From: Candidatus Shapirobacteria bacterium
GTDB lineage: Bacteria > Patescibacteriota > Microgenomatia > UBA12405
Reading direction: 5' to 3'
NCBI GenBank assembly: GCA_026395315.1
Contig: JAPLYY010000069.1
Coordinates: 1 to 39,416 of the forward strand
DNA: 39,416 bases
In this document: positions 32,051 to 39,416 of the stretch, one piece after another
Numbering within the stretch: position 1 is the stretch's first letter
Layout: each line of letters opens with the position of its first letter
Made by a program: the position numbers and the translations under genes
Notes under the pieces: generated by a model
What the model saw: only the letters and a program-made list of their open reading frames with translations
Told to the model about the DNA's origin: nothing
Database searches by the model: none

Positions 32051-34147
32051 CTATTTTGACTTCGAAACTCTTTTAGCCGCTTCATTCTGAATTAGTGATC
32101 GTTCAGCAAACCGAAAAAATCCTCCGTGTAACATTTTTTCAATTTCTTCTCTTTTCTTCTTTTCTGGCACCAATCTCGGTAATTTTAAAATTCCACCTAA
32201 AACAGATCCATAATCTAATTCACTCCTAAGATTGATCATCAATTTTGGACTTCTTACGATACCCAAAGAATTCAATATTAGCCATCCAAAAGATTCAGCA
32301 CTATCCAAATCATCAAACAGGACCTCTCCAGTCTTAGCTGATTTTATTCCTCTGAATTTTGCTAGTAAGTCCGCCAAATCATTTCCCCACTTACTAACAT
32401 TTTTGCCTAATTCCAACGGTGTTTTACCCACCGCATAATTATAGAACTTAAAATAAGTATCCCAATTATCTCCATAATTTCCAAACAAGTTTGAATCTGC
32501 ACTACCAAACACTATTTTTTTCTTGTCCACCAATAATTGTGCCATCGACTCAAATGTTGGAACAGTTTCTTTTTTAGCATTTAATTTCGTACCCACTTGA
32601 ACCTTAATTGTCTCCAACATACTCATACCTATTCTTTCCGGAAAAGGTTTCAGTGTTCCGCTTTTTAATGCCGCTAAAAAATCATTCCTTGTATCATCCC
32701 AAGTCATCAAATCCGCAAACCATGCTCCTACATATTCACCCCAGCCCTCCTCTATTCCTTGGCTTTTTTCTTTATCAGCATCTGGTTTTACCCCAAATTT
32801 TTGTTTGGCTTTAGCCAGAGGGTGCATCATTGCTCTTATTTGTTCTCCGAATACATTTGCGCATCCACCTCCAATATCCCTATCATTATCTGCCGACTCC
32901 ATTACATTCGATACATACAAAAAGTTCCAAGACATTGCTACTGACGCCTTCGCATCTAACTCAGATATATTCATAGTAGTCATAACATAATCCACCAATC
33001 CTTTTTCATAATCCCTAAAACTTGCCAACGCTTTATCCCAACCAACTTTATTAGGATCATTATCTTTTGGCACTAAAAATCCTCTCCAATCAATATCACT
33101 CTTTTTCAACTTCAAGAACCCTTTACCATTCACCTCAAAAAAATCATTTACAATCGTTTCCATTGACTCTCTAACTCCTGGAATTTCATAAATCAAAGCC
33201 AGCTCTCTCTCTGTCAACTTTAACCAATTGTTCTTTTTGGCCGCTTCACCATCTAAAGAAGCTACCTCTTGTTTTATATAAGATGCGTTAGTTAAATTCA
33301 CTCTTGCCCGTACCACTTGTTGCCACTCGCCCACCCCACCATTAAACCAATCTGGTGGACGTTTAAACCAAGACGGAGGAAATGTATCCAATTGTAGTTG
33401 AATTGGCTGCTGAATAAATTCCGCATTTACAAACGTATCGTATGTCGATTCAGACTTACTCTCTCCACTAGTCAAAGCATCTACTAAAGACTTTAATTGT
33501 TTTTCCAGTTCGCTACTCACCCCACCTCCGCCAGGAGCAGGAACAACTACTCCTTTATTTTTTTTCACCATCGTTTGGCAATACTCCAAAGCCAACACCA
33601 ATTGCTTTCTGTCCTCACTACCCGGGGTAATCCGTGACCGCATATTAACTAACTCCGCAATTGCCGGCTCAAAAAAGGCTTCATTATCAATTTGATCCAA
33701 CACCGATCTTATATCTGGATTTGTAAAAGCCTTGTTTCTCACTTCTCTCGCCAACAACACCAAGTCTGTCGGTAAAGCACCCTCAATGTTAGTAGTTATT
33801 CCAGTATTTAAAGCACCACTAAGACGAGCATCTCCACCGTCCCTCATTATCAATAAAAGGCCATCAGTCAAATAACTTTGACACTGTATTGCCGCATTGT
33901 CACCCTGCTCCGCCGCTCTTTGCAAAGACGCCATGTCGTGGAATCTATTAAAACTTACATTTTCAATCAACTTTCTAGTATTCTCCGATGTTAATGCGTT
34001 GCCGTTTGTTGGATCAAGAATATCTGTTCTGAAACGATTTGCAATACCAACTACAGCTCTTTTATAGCCTTCATCAACTACATTTTTACCCAAAAAGGCT
34101 TGTTCCGTATATTTTTGTCCTACACCTTTAATTTCTTTTGCTGCCAT
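32051..34147 (-). CDS. Large soluble hypothetical protein (698 aa).
   Basis: Uninterrupted ORF with ordinary composition. No TM segment and no recognisable motif. Confidence 0.75.
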   Translation of the reverse strand: MAAKEIKGVGQKYTEQAFLGKNVVDEGYKRAVVGIANRFRTDILDPTNGNALTSENTRKLIENVSFNRFHDMASLQRAAEQGDNAAIQCQSYLTDGLLLIMRDGGDARLSGALNTGITTNIEGALPTDLVLLAREVRNKAFTNPDIRSVLDQIDNEAFFEPAIAELVNMRSRITPGSEDRKQLVLALEYCQTMVKKNKGVVVPAPGGGGVSSELEKQLKSLVDALTSGESKSESTYDTFVNAEFIQQPIQLQLDTFPPSWFKRPPDWFNGGVGEWQQVVRARVNLTNASYIKQEVASLDGEAAKKNNWLKLTERELALIYEIPGVRESMETIVNDFFEVNGKGFLKLKKSDIDWRGFLVPKDNDPNKVGWDKALASFRDYEKGLVDYVMTTMNISELDAKASVAMSWNFLYVSNVMESADNDRDIGGGCANVFGEQIRAMMHPLAKAKQKFGVKPDADKEKSQGIEEGWGEYVGAWFADLMTWDDTRNDFLAALKSGTLKPFPERIGMSMLETIKVQVGTKLNAKKETVPTFESMAQLLVDKKKIVFGSADSNLFGNYGDNWDTYFKFYNYAVGKTPLELGKNVSKWGNDLADLLAKFRGIKSAKTGEVLFDDLDSAESFGWLILNSLGIVRSPKLMINLRSELDYGSVLGGILKLPRLVPEKKKREEIEKMLHGGFFRFAERSLIQNEAAKRVSKSK

Positions 34148-34208
34148 ATGCTGGAATTATACCAAATCACCCTCATATATCCCATAATTAAAAACATACC
34201 TTATCTTC

Positions 34209-34254
34209 TCTCTCCCTTGTGAAAGGGAGAAGCGGCGAAGCCGAGAGGGATTTT
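34209..34254 (+). repeat. Family A-like element, variable-hairpin subtype with a GTGA loop.
   Basis: Sequence tcTCTCCCTTgtgaAAGGGAGAag-CGGCgaaGCCG-agagggatttt. It lies in the divergent intergenic region. Confidence 0.75.
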
Positions 34255-34266
34255 GTATACTTCTTT

Positions 34267-35940
34267 ATGTCCTCTATCAACTCCATCGATCTTCATCTCC
34301 GCACTTACCGTTCCGCTCTCAAAAGTAATCTCGAAATTACCGTTAATTCACTCACCAATTCCCATCTCAAAATGGAATCTATTCTTCATCCCCTCGGCAA
34401 CAATCCCACCCACGTTGACCTAGCCGCCCTGGTTTATTGTCTCCTCCGCCTCCCCTCATGTATTGACCGCACCCGCAAAGTCATCATGGGCCAAAGCCCC
34501 ACCGTTTTTGCCACGGCTGGTTTCCCTGATGTCCTCAAGTGGTCTCCTGTCACCGCCCCCGCCCGCCGCCGTTCTTGTTTTTTCAATCCTAATACCCGTC
34601 TTACCGCCGCTTTTATCTCCTCTATCTCTGATGTTGACGATCTGGTGAATTCTCTGATTGCCTTCCAAACTGAATGGAACAAATTTCATCTCTTAACTCA
34701 ACCACAATACCCCACTTATCTTCGTTTTAAAGCCGGCATTAAATCCGGGGATATTTGTCGCACTATTGGTGTTGAGCCTGAAGATTGGCAAAAATTTATC
34801 ATCGCCCTTGGCCCTCATCACCACCTCCGTCTCCGCCGTCTTTATAAATATTCCCAGAATATTCGTCTCCAGCTTTTAGCCGGTTCCTGGGTTGACTACA
34901 CCAAAACCGTTCAGCGTTGGTGGAAAAACATCGCTATAATAATTGCCCCAAAATATCACATTTCCCACCAAACCATCTATTTCATCAGTAGTAACGACCA
35001 CAGTCTTTTAAACACTTTTACCGGCTTTCCCCTCCAAATTAAACCCGATCTTTTGGAATTGGCCCAAAAACACCAACCCGAGCTTTATTCACTCTACCAA
35101 CAAATTCGTTCCGGCGATTATCCTTTAAGCGAGTCCGACTTTTTTTATTATCTCTATAAACACTTTTCCTCCGACCTAAAACTTAAACGTAAATTTAACA
35201 AAATCCAGGATAAACTAGGTATTATCTCTATTTCCTCTGCCCACTATCTTGACGTCCCCGTCCAAATATTTCCCCTCAAAAATCTGCTAAAATCGCCCCA
35301 TCGCGACCCCCGGCTAAAAATTTCTAAACCTTACCGGCTCCAGCACTCTCCCGCCCTGATTTTTAACATCGACTATCCCCTCGGTTTTGCCTCTTACCAT
35401 GTTCTCAACGAAATCCTGGAAAATGTTAATCAAATCAAAGGTATTTACATCCTCGGCAAAGCCGCTGTTCTCAATTCTGAATTGGGTGACATTGAAATTC
35501 CCCGTTTGGTTTTTGATGAACAATCCCAAAATACCTACATGTTTAACAATTGTTTCAACCACTTTTTTCCTTTCGCTAACTCCCAGGGTTCCATTCTCAC
35601 TAACCAAAAATCTGTTTCCGTCTTAGGCACCTTCCTGGAAAATGAAGCCCTGCTTAAAAAATATATGGCCAACAACATTACCGTTATCGAGATGGAAGCC
35701 GGTCCCTATCTTTCCGCTATCTCCGAAGCTACCTACGATCAACAACTTCCCCATAATACCATTATTGACCTCAATTCTGCCCCCCTCGACATCGGTATTA
35801 TTAACTATACCTCCGATACCCCCTATTCTAAGGCCAAAAATCTCGGCGCCGGCCAACTCGACCTCCACGGCATCGAACCAGTTTATCTGGGATCGCTAGC
35901 CATTCTCCAGCGTATCATCAATCTGGAAGAAGAAAAATAA
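34267..35940 (+). CDS. Protein with a C-terminal nucleoside phosphorylase/nucleosidase-like (PNP_UDP_1-type) domain and an unknown ~370-aa N-terminal region.
   Basis: The C-terminal pattern is ALIFNIDYPLG...IYILGKAAVL...GD...VIEMEAGP...DLHGIEP. The start was moved to the ATG at 34267 because the upstream codons are repeat-derived. Confidence 0.7.
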   Translation: MSSINSIDLHLRTYRSALKSNLEITVNSLTNSHLKMESILHPLGNNPTHVDLAALVYCLLRLPSCIDRTRKVIMGQSPTVFATAGFPDVLKWSPVTAPARRRSCFFNPNTRLTAAFISSISDVDDLVNSLIAFQTEWNKFHLLTQPQYPTYLRFKAGIKSGDICRTIGVEPEDWQKFIIALGPHHHLRLRRLYKYSQNIRLQLLAGSWVDYTKTVQRWWKNIAIIIAPKYHISHQTIYFISSNDHSLLNTFTGFPLQIKPDLLELAQKHQPELYSLYQQIRSGDYPLSESDFFYYLYKHFSSDLKLKRKFNKIQDKLGIISISSAHYLDVPVQIFPLKNLLKSPHRDPRLKISKPYRLQHSPALIFNIDYPLGFASYHVLNEILENVNQIKGIYILGKAAVLNSELGDIEIPRLVFDEQSQNTYMFNNCFNHFFPFANSQGSILTNQKSVSVLGTFLENEALLKKYMANNITVIEMEAGPYLSAISEATYDQQLPHNTIIDLNSAPLDIGIINYTSDTPYSKAKNLGAGQLDLHGIEPVYLGSLAILQRIINLEEEK

Positions 35941-35948
35941 AATTCGCA

Positions 35949-36010
35949 GTTATATTTTTTAAGCGACATTGAACCTGCCCCGCAGATTCGTCGGAGCGTA
36001 AAAATATAAC
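35949..36010. terminator. Imperfect inverted repeat between convergent genes, a possible bidirectional terminator.
   Basis: gttatattttttaagcgac ... gtcggagcgtaaaaatataac. Confidence 0.35.
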
Positions 36011-36021
36011 CAGAATTTGAA

Positions 36022-39000
36022 TTATTTTTTCATAAACTCCTCAAATTCCTTGTCATCCAAGCTCTCTTTTTCTACCAGTACTTTCGCCAAATCATCCAAT
36101 TTCTTCCTGTCTTTGGTTAATATCTCGCTGGCTCTCTGAAGCGCCGTCCCCACAAATTTTTTAATTTCATTATCCACCTTTCCCATCATTCCGTCCGATA
36201 TTTTTGCCGGTTCAAAATAAGCTCTGCCAAAATCACTCACATCTATCTGCGGCCCCATATTCACCGGTCCCAAATCCGACATTCCCCACTCGATGACCAT
36301 ATTTCTGGCAATATTAGTCACCTGTGAAATATCGCTGGCCGCTCCGGTAGTCATATCTTTAAACACCAGCTCTTCTGCCGCCCGTCCCCCCATGGCCATG
36401 GCCATTTGTTTAATCAATCTCGATTTTGTTTCGTGCACCCGGTCCATCTTTGGCGGAATTAGGGTAAATCCCAGCGCCATTCCCCGTGAAACGATCGAGA
36501 TTCTGTGTACCGGGTCCAAATCTTCCACATAATTTACTATCGCGTGTCCGGCCTCATGATAAGCCGTCATTAATTTATCCTCATCCGTTTGATCCCGTCT
36601 TTTTTCCGATCCCAGTTTCACTTTTAACGCTGACTCTTCAATATCCTGCATCTCGATTTCTGTTTTATTCTCTCTGGCCGCTTTGATCGCCGATTCATTC
36701 AGCATATTTTCCAAATCCGCTCCCGAAAAGCCCACCGTTCTCCTGGCTACTGTTGTCCAATTTACTTCTTTGGCAAAAGGTTTGCCTTTGGCATGAATTT
36801 TAATTATTTGTTCTCTGTCTTTCAAATCCGGCATTTCTAATATCACTCTCCGGTCAAATCTTCCCGGCCGCAATAGTGCCGGATCCAATAAATCTCCCCT
36901 GTTTGTTGCCGCCAGCACCACCACTGCCGTATTGGTTTCAAATCCGTCCATTTCCACTAAAATTTGGTTTAATGTCTGTTCTCTTTCTCCGTGTCCGCCG
37001 TCTAAGCCCCCCCTCATCCGGCCGATAGCATCAATTTCATCAATAAAAATAATTGCTTTTCCGGCTTTTTTGGCCGTCCCAAATAAATCCCGCACCCGCG
37101 ACGCTCCCACTCCTACCAGCATCTCCATAAATTCCGATCCGGCCATTGAATAAAACGGTACATTGGCCTCGCCCGCTACCGCTTTTGCCAATAGTGTATT
37201 ATGGTTTACTAGTCCATTTCCCACAAAGGAATGGTTTCTTGGCACTGTAAAATCATAAACCACTGCCTTACTTTTACTTTTCTCGCTTACTTTAGAAAAA
37301 AATAATTTACTCTCTAAAATCCTTTTAAAATAATCGACCCTTTCCGATTTATACCCCACATTTTTACAATATTTTACAAACACAGCCAACATGTTTCTCG
37401 ATATTCTTCCGTCTCTTCGAACATGACCAATCCTTTTTGACCATAGTTCATTACTCATTTTCTTATTTGACAAGATTTTCCATTCGATATCGATCAATCC
37501 ACCCAAGCCATAAAATAAGTCAATATTGGTATTACTTTTCCCACTTATCTTATTAACCATCGCACTTAACCGGTCTTGTTTTCTTTTAATCGCAAAACCC
37601 ACCTTATTTTTATATTCTGCCAAATAATCCCCTGTTATGGTCAATCTATATACCTGTTTTTTCCCTTTTTTTTCAATTTTGTCTTTAATCTGCAAGCTAG
37701 AAATTATTCCCAAGTTCAACAACATCATTTGTACCTGTCTTATTAATGTCCTACTTACACTTGTATATTCTATTGTCGACCTATTTTTCTGCATATGTCC
37801 ATCAGTATCAAATAACCCTCGAATAAATGCGCTCATTACCCCCTTACTGCCCTGGGTCACACTCTCGGGAACTTCTTTATCAAAAGACAATAAATATGAC
37901 ATTCCCATTTTGTACAAATCCTTTTTAAATCTCCAATTGGTTACGACATGATCATATTTTCCATTTTTATATATTTTTGCTTCTGGATACCTTTCTGTTA
38001 CATATTTACCAAAAAAATTAACCAGCTCTTCATCAGCGTTGGTCAATCCCACCCTACTTGATACTGACAAATTTCCATCGCCCGTCAATACCCCCAACAA
38101 ATATCCCGTTTCTGCATCAATATCATTTCTGTTTCCAAACATCTCCTGTCCAAAACTGACCGCCACTGCGTCCCCAACTTCAATTTCTTCTAATTTTTTG
38201 AATTTTAACTTTCCTTCCTCCATCACCACCACCGGATGTTCAGGTGTTCCTTCTAGTTCGTACCCCTGACATAATTTAATCTTTCTCGTCTCTTGTTCAC
38301 CTAAGTTGTACCATTTACTAGCCCTATTTTTCTGCATCTCTGTTTTTTCTATATCCAAACTGCTCACTTTTACTCCAAAAGTGTTACCACTTTTTTCCAC
38401 CTGATAATATCTCGGCACTTTCTCAATCTCCATCAATCCCTTATTAGTCAAAATCAGAGTTTCCCCGATCACACATTTACCCACCCCTGCCGGCCCCACC
38501 AGCAACACTCCTCTGGGCGCCCTTGCTCCCATCTTCCGGTATTTTTCCGGATGTTTCAAAAAATCCACTACTTCCACTAAATCTCTTTTGGCTTCTTCCA
38601 CCCCCGCCACATCTTTAAAAGTTAGATTTTGTTTACCTTTGACAAACAGCTTAGCGGTTGACTTTCCAAACCCAAACATTCCTCCGGCTCCGCCACCACC
38701 CGCCTGCCGGCTGAAAAACCACACTATAAACGCAATTGGTAATCCCACCGTTAACACCAAACTCAATATATCCATTAATGTTTTCCATCCCTGTTGATTC
38801 TCCACATTAAATTTGACTTTTCCTAAATCAATTCCTTCTCTCTGCAAGATTTCCGCCATCGAGGTTGACGGTTCCTTTGATGCCACCAGAATCTTTTCTT
38901 GGCTCGCCGAAGTCCCTGACGAAGGCGGCAATTTCACCATAATTTCATTATCCAGTACTGTTATTTCCCCCGCCTGCCCCGCTTTAATTGTTTCAATTAT

Positions 39001-39246
39001 GGTTGATAATGGCACACTTTCCGTTGTCTGTGGCACGAAGATCTGTTTTAGAATCGAAATCGCCCAAAACAACATAATTAAATACAATACTCCCTTAATA
39101 ATTTGACTTGGCCCAATCTCAATTCTCTTAATTTTTACTCCCGGTGGCAAATTATCCGTTATCTCTTTAGGAATTTCCTGTTTTTTTTGGACTTTAGGCT
39201 TTAGACTTTTTTTAATTTTCTCCCAAATTCCCTCTTTCTTTATCAT
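36022..39246 (-). CDS. ftsH: ATP-dependent zinc metalloprotease FtsH, interrupted by an intein.
   Basis: Two N-terminal TM helices, split Walker A GPAGVGK/TLLAKAVAGEA, Walker B IIFIDEIDA, SRH ATNRGDLLDPALLRPGRFDR and zinc site HEAGHA. The extein length is 648 aa. Confidence 0.95.
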   Translation of the reverse strand: MIKKEGIWEKIKKSLKPKVQKKQEIPKEITDNLPPGVKIKRIEIGPSQIIKGVLYLIMLFWAISILKQIFVPQTTESVPLSTIIETIKAGQAGEITVLDNEIMVKLPPSSGTSASQEKILVASKEPSTSMAEILQREGIDLGKVKFNVENQQGWKTLMDILSLVLTVGLPIAFIVWFFSRQAGGGGAGGMFGFGKSTAKLFVKGKQNLTFKDVAGVEEAKRDLVEVVDFLKHPEKYRKMGARAPRGVLLVGPAGVGKCVIGETLILTNKGLMEIEKVPRYYQVEKSGNTFGVKVSSLDIEKTEMQKNRASKWYNLGEQETRKIKLCQGYELEGTPEHPVVVMEEGKLKFKKLEEIEVGDAVAVSFGQEMFGNRNDIDAETGYLLGVLTGDGNLSVSSRVGLTNADEELVNFFGKYVTERYPEAKIYKNGKYDHVVTNWRFKKDLYKMGMSYLLSFDKEVPESVTQGSKGVMSAFIRGLFDTDGHMQKNRSTIEYTSVSRTLIRQVQMMLLNLGIISSLQIKDKIEKKGKKQVYRLTITGDYLAEYKNKVGFAIKRKQDRLSAMVNKISGKSNTNIDLFYGLGGLIDIEWKILSNKKMSNELWSKRIGHVRRDGRISRNMLAVFVKYCKNVGYKSERVDYFKRILESKLFFSKVSEKSKSKAVVYDFTVPRNHSFVGNGLVNHNTLLAKAVAGEANVPFYSMAGSEFMEMLVGVGASRVRDLFGTAKKAGKAIIFIDEIDAIGRMRGGLDGGHGEREQTLNQILVEMDGFETNTAVVVLAATNRGDLLDPALLRPGRFDRRVILEMPDLKDREQIIKIHAKGKPFAKEVNWTTVARRTVGFSGADLENMLNESAIKAARENKTEIEMQDIEESALKVKLGSEKRRDQTDEDKLMTAYHEAGHAIVNYVEDLDPVHRISIVSRGMALGFTLIPPKMDRVHETKSRLIKQMAMAMGGRAAEELVFKDMTTGAASDISQVTNIARNMVIEWGMSDLGPVNMGPQIDVSDFGRAYFEPAKISDGMMGKVDNEIKKFVGTALQRASEILTKDRKKLDDLAKVLVEKESLDDKEFEEFMKK
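37198..38475 (-). mobile_element. 426-aa intein with a LAGLIDADG homing-endonuclease domain, inserted in the FtsH P-loop.
   Basis: Begins with Cys (GVGK|CVIGETLIL) and ends with HN|T (GLVNHN|TLLAKAV). Contains TPEHP (block B) and LLGVLTGDGN plus FIRGLFDTDGH (LAGLIDADG motifs). Confidence 0.9.
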
Positions 39247-39252
39247 CGTCAG

Positions 39253-39258
39253 ATTATA
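39253..39258 (-). promoter_or_regulatory. -10 box 6 nt upstream of the ftsH ATG (leaderless-type start).
   Basis: The minus strand reads gcTATAATctgacgATG. Confidence 0.5.
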
Positions 39259-39284
39259 GCATTTTAAATCACTAATTCAGCTTA

Positions 39285-39325
39285 GGCTCCCCTGTCAAGG
39301 GGAGCTCCCGAAGGGAGAGGGGTTT
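39285..39325 (+). repeat. Family A element, variable-hairpin subtype.
   Basis: Sequence ggctcccctgtcaaggggag-CTCCCgaaGGGAG-aggggttt. Confidence 0.9.
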
Positions 39326-39333
39326 TTCCCGCT

Positions 39334-39416
39334 TTATTCCCGTTTTTTCTCCGCACCAATAATATCGCCTCCGACAATCCTCGCTGCCGCCCGGTAACTT
39401 CTCATCTCAATCGAAT
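39334..39416 (-). CDS. 3' end of an unidentified upstream gene (partial).
   Basis: The minus-strand frame is open to the window edge (...SIEMRSYRAAARIVGGDIIGAEKKRE*). It is too short to identify. Confidence 0.3.
   Translation of the reverse strand, partial: SIEMRSYRAAARIVGGDIIGAEKKRE

Overview
This is a 39.4-kb bacterial fragment at about 42% GC, with most genes on the minus strand. The gene content suggests a small-genome CPR/Patescibacteria-type organism, which is inference only. No database search was possible, and RNA ends are approximate. In order, the window contains: a giant fibre-like surface protein and a TPR protein that share a C-terminal domain; a DUF559 endonuclease-like gene; a Wzy-like/TPR membrane protein; a LysM-M23 peptidase; rho; a brnT/brnA toxin-antitoxin pair; radA; rpsA; two tiny genes; 5S and 23S rRNA with tRNA-Ala but no 16S; dedA; a GH18 hydrolase; tRNA-Ile; three ATP-grasp ligase genes, one fused to a retropepsin-like domain, plus a 7TM protein; six tandem VirB2/TrbC-like pilin paralogs followed by a Cys-rich secreted protein and a polytopic membrane protein; two orphan genes, one with a nucleoside-phosphorylase-like C-terminus; and ftsH split by a 426-aa LAGLIDADG intein in its P-loop. 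The most unusual feature is a very dense population of short palindromic elements, at least 24 family A/B copies and 6 family C copies. About a dozen of them lie in frame inside conserved genes (radA, all three ATP-grasp genes, DUF559, both surface proteins). This resembles the Rickettsia palindromic element phenomenon. The DUF559 gene sits inside an inverted pair of these elements. Other notable points are a helix-45 insertion in the 23S rRNA that carries its own ORF and -10 box, a terminator-like leader in front of the rRNA operon, and many start codons lying 5-10 nt after a -10 box.
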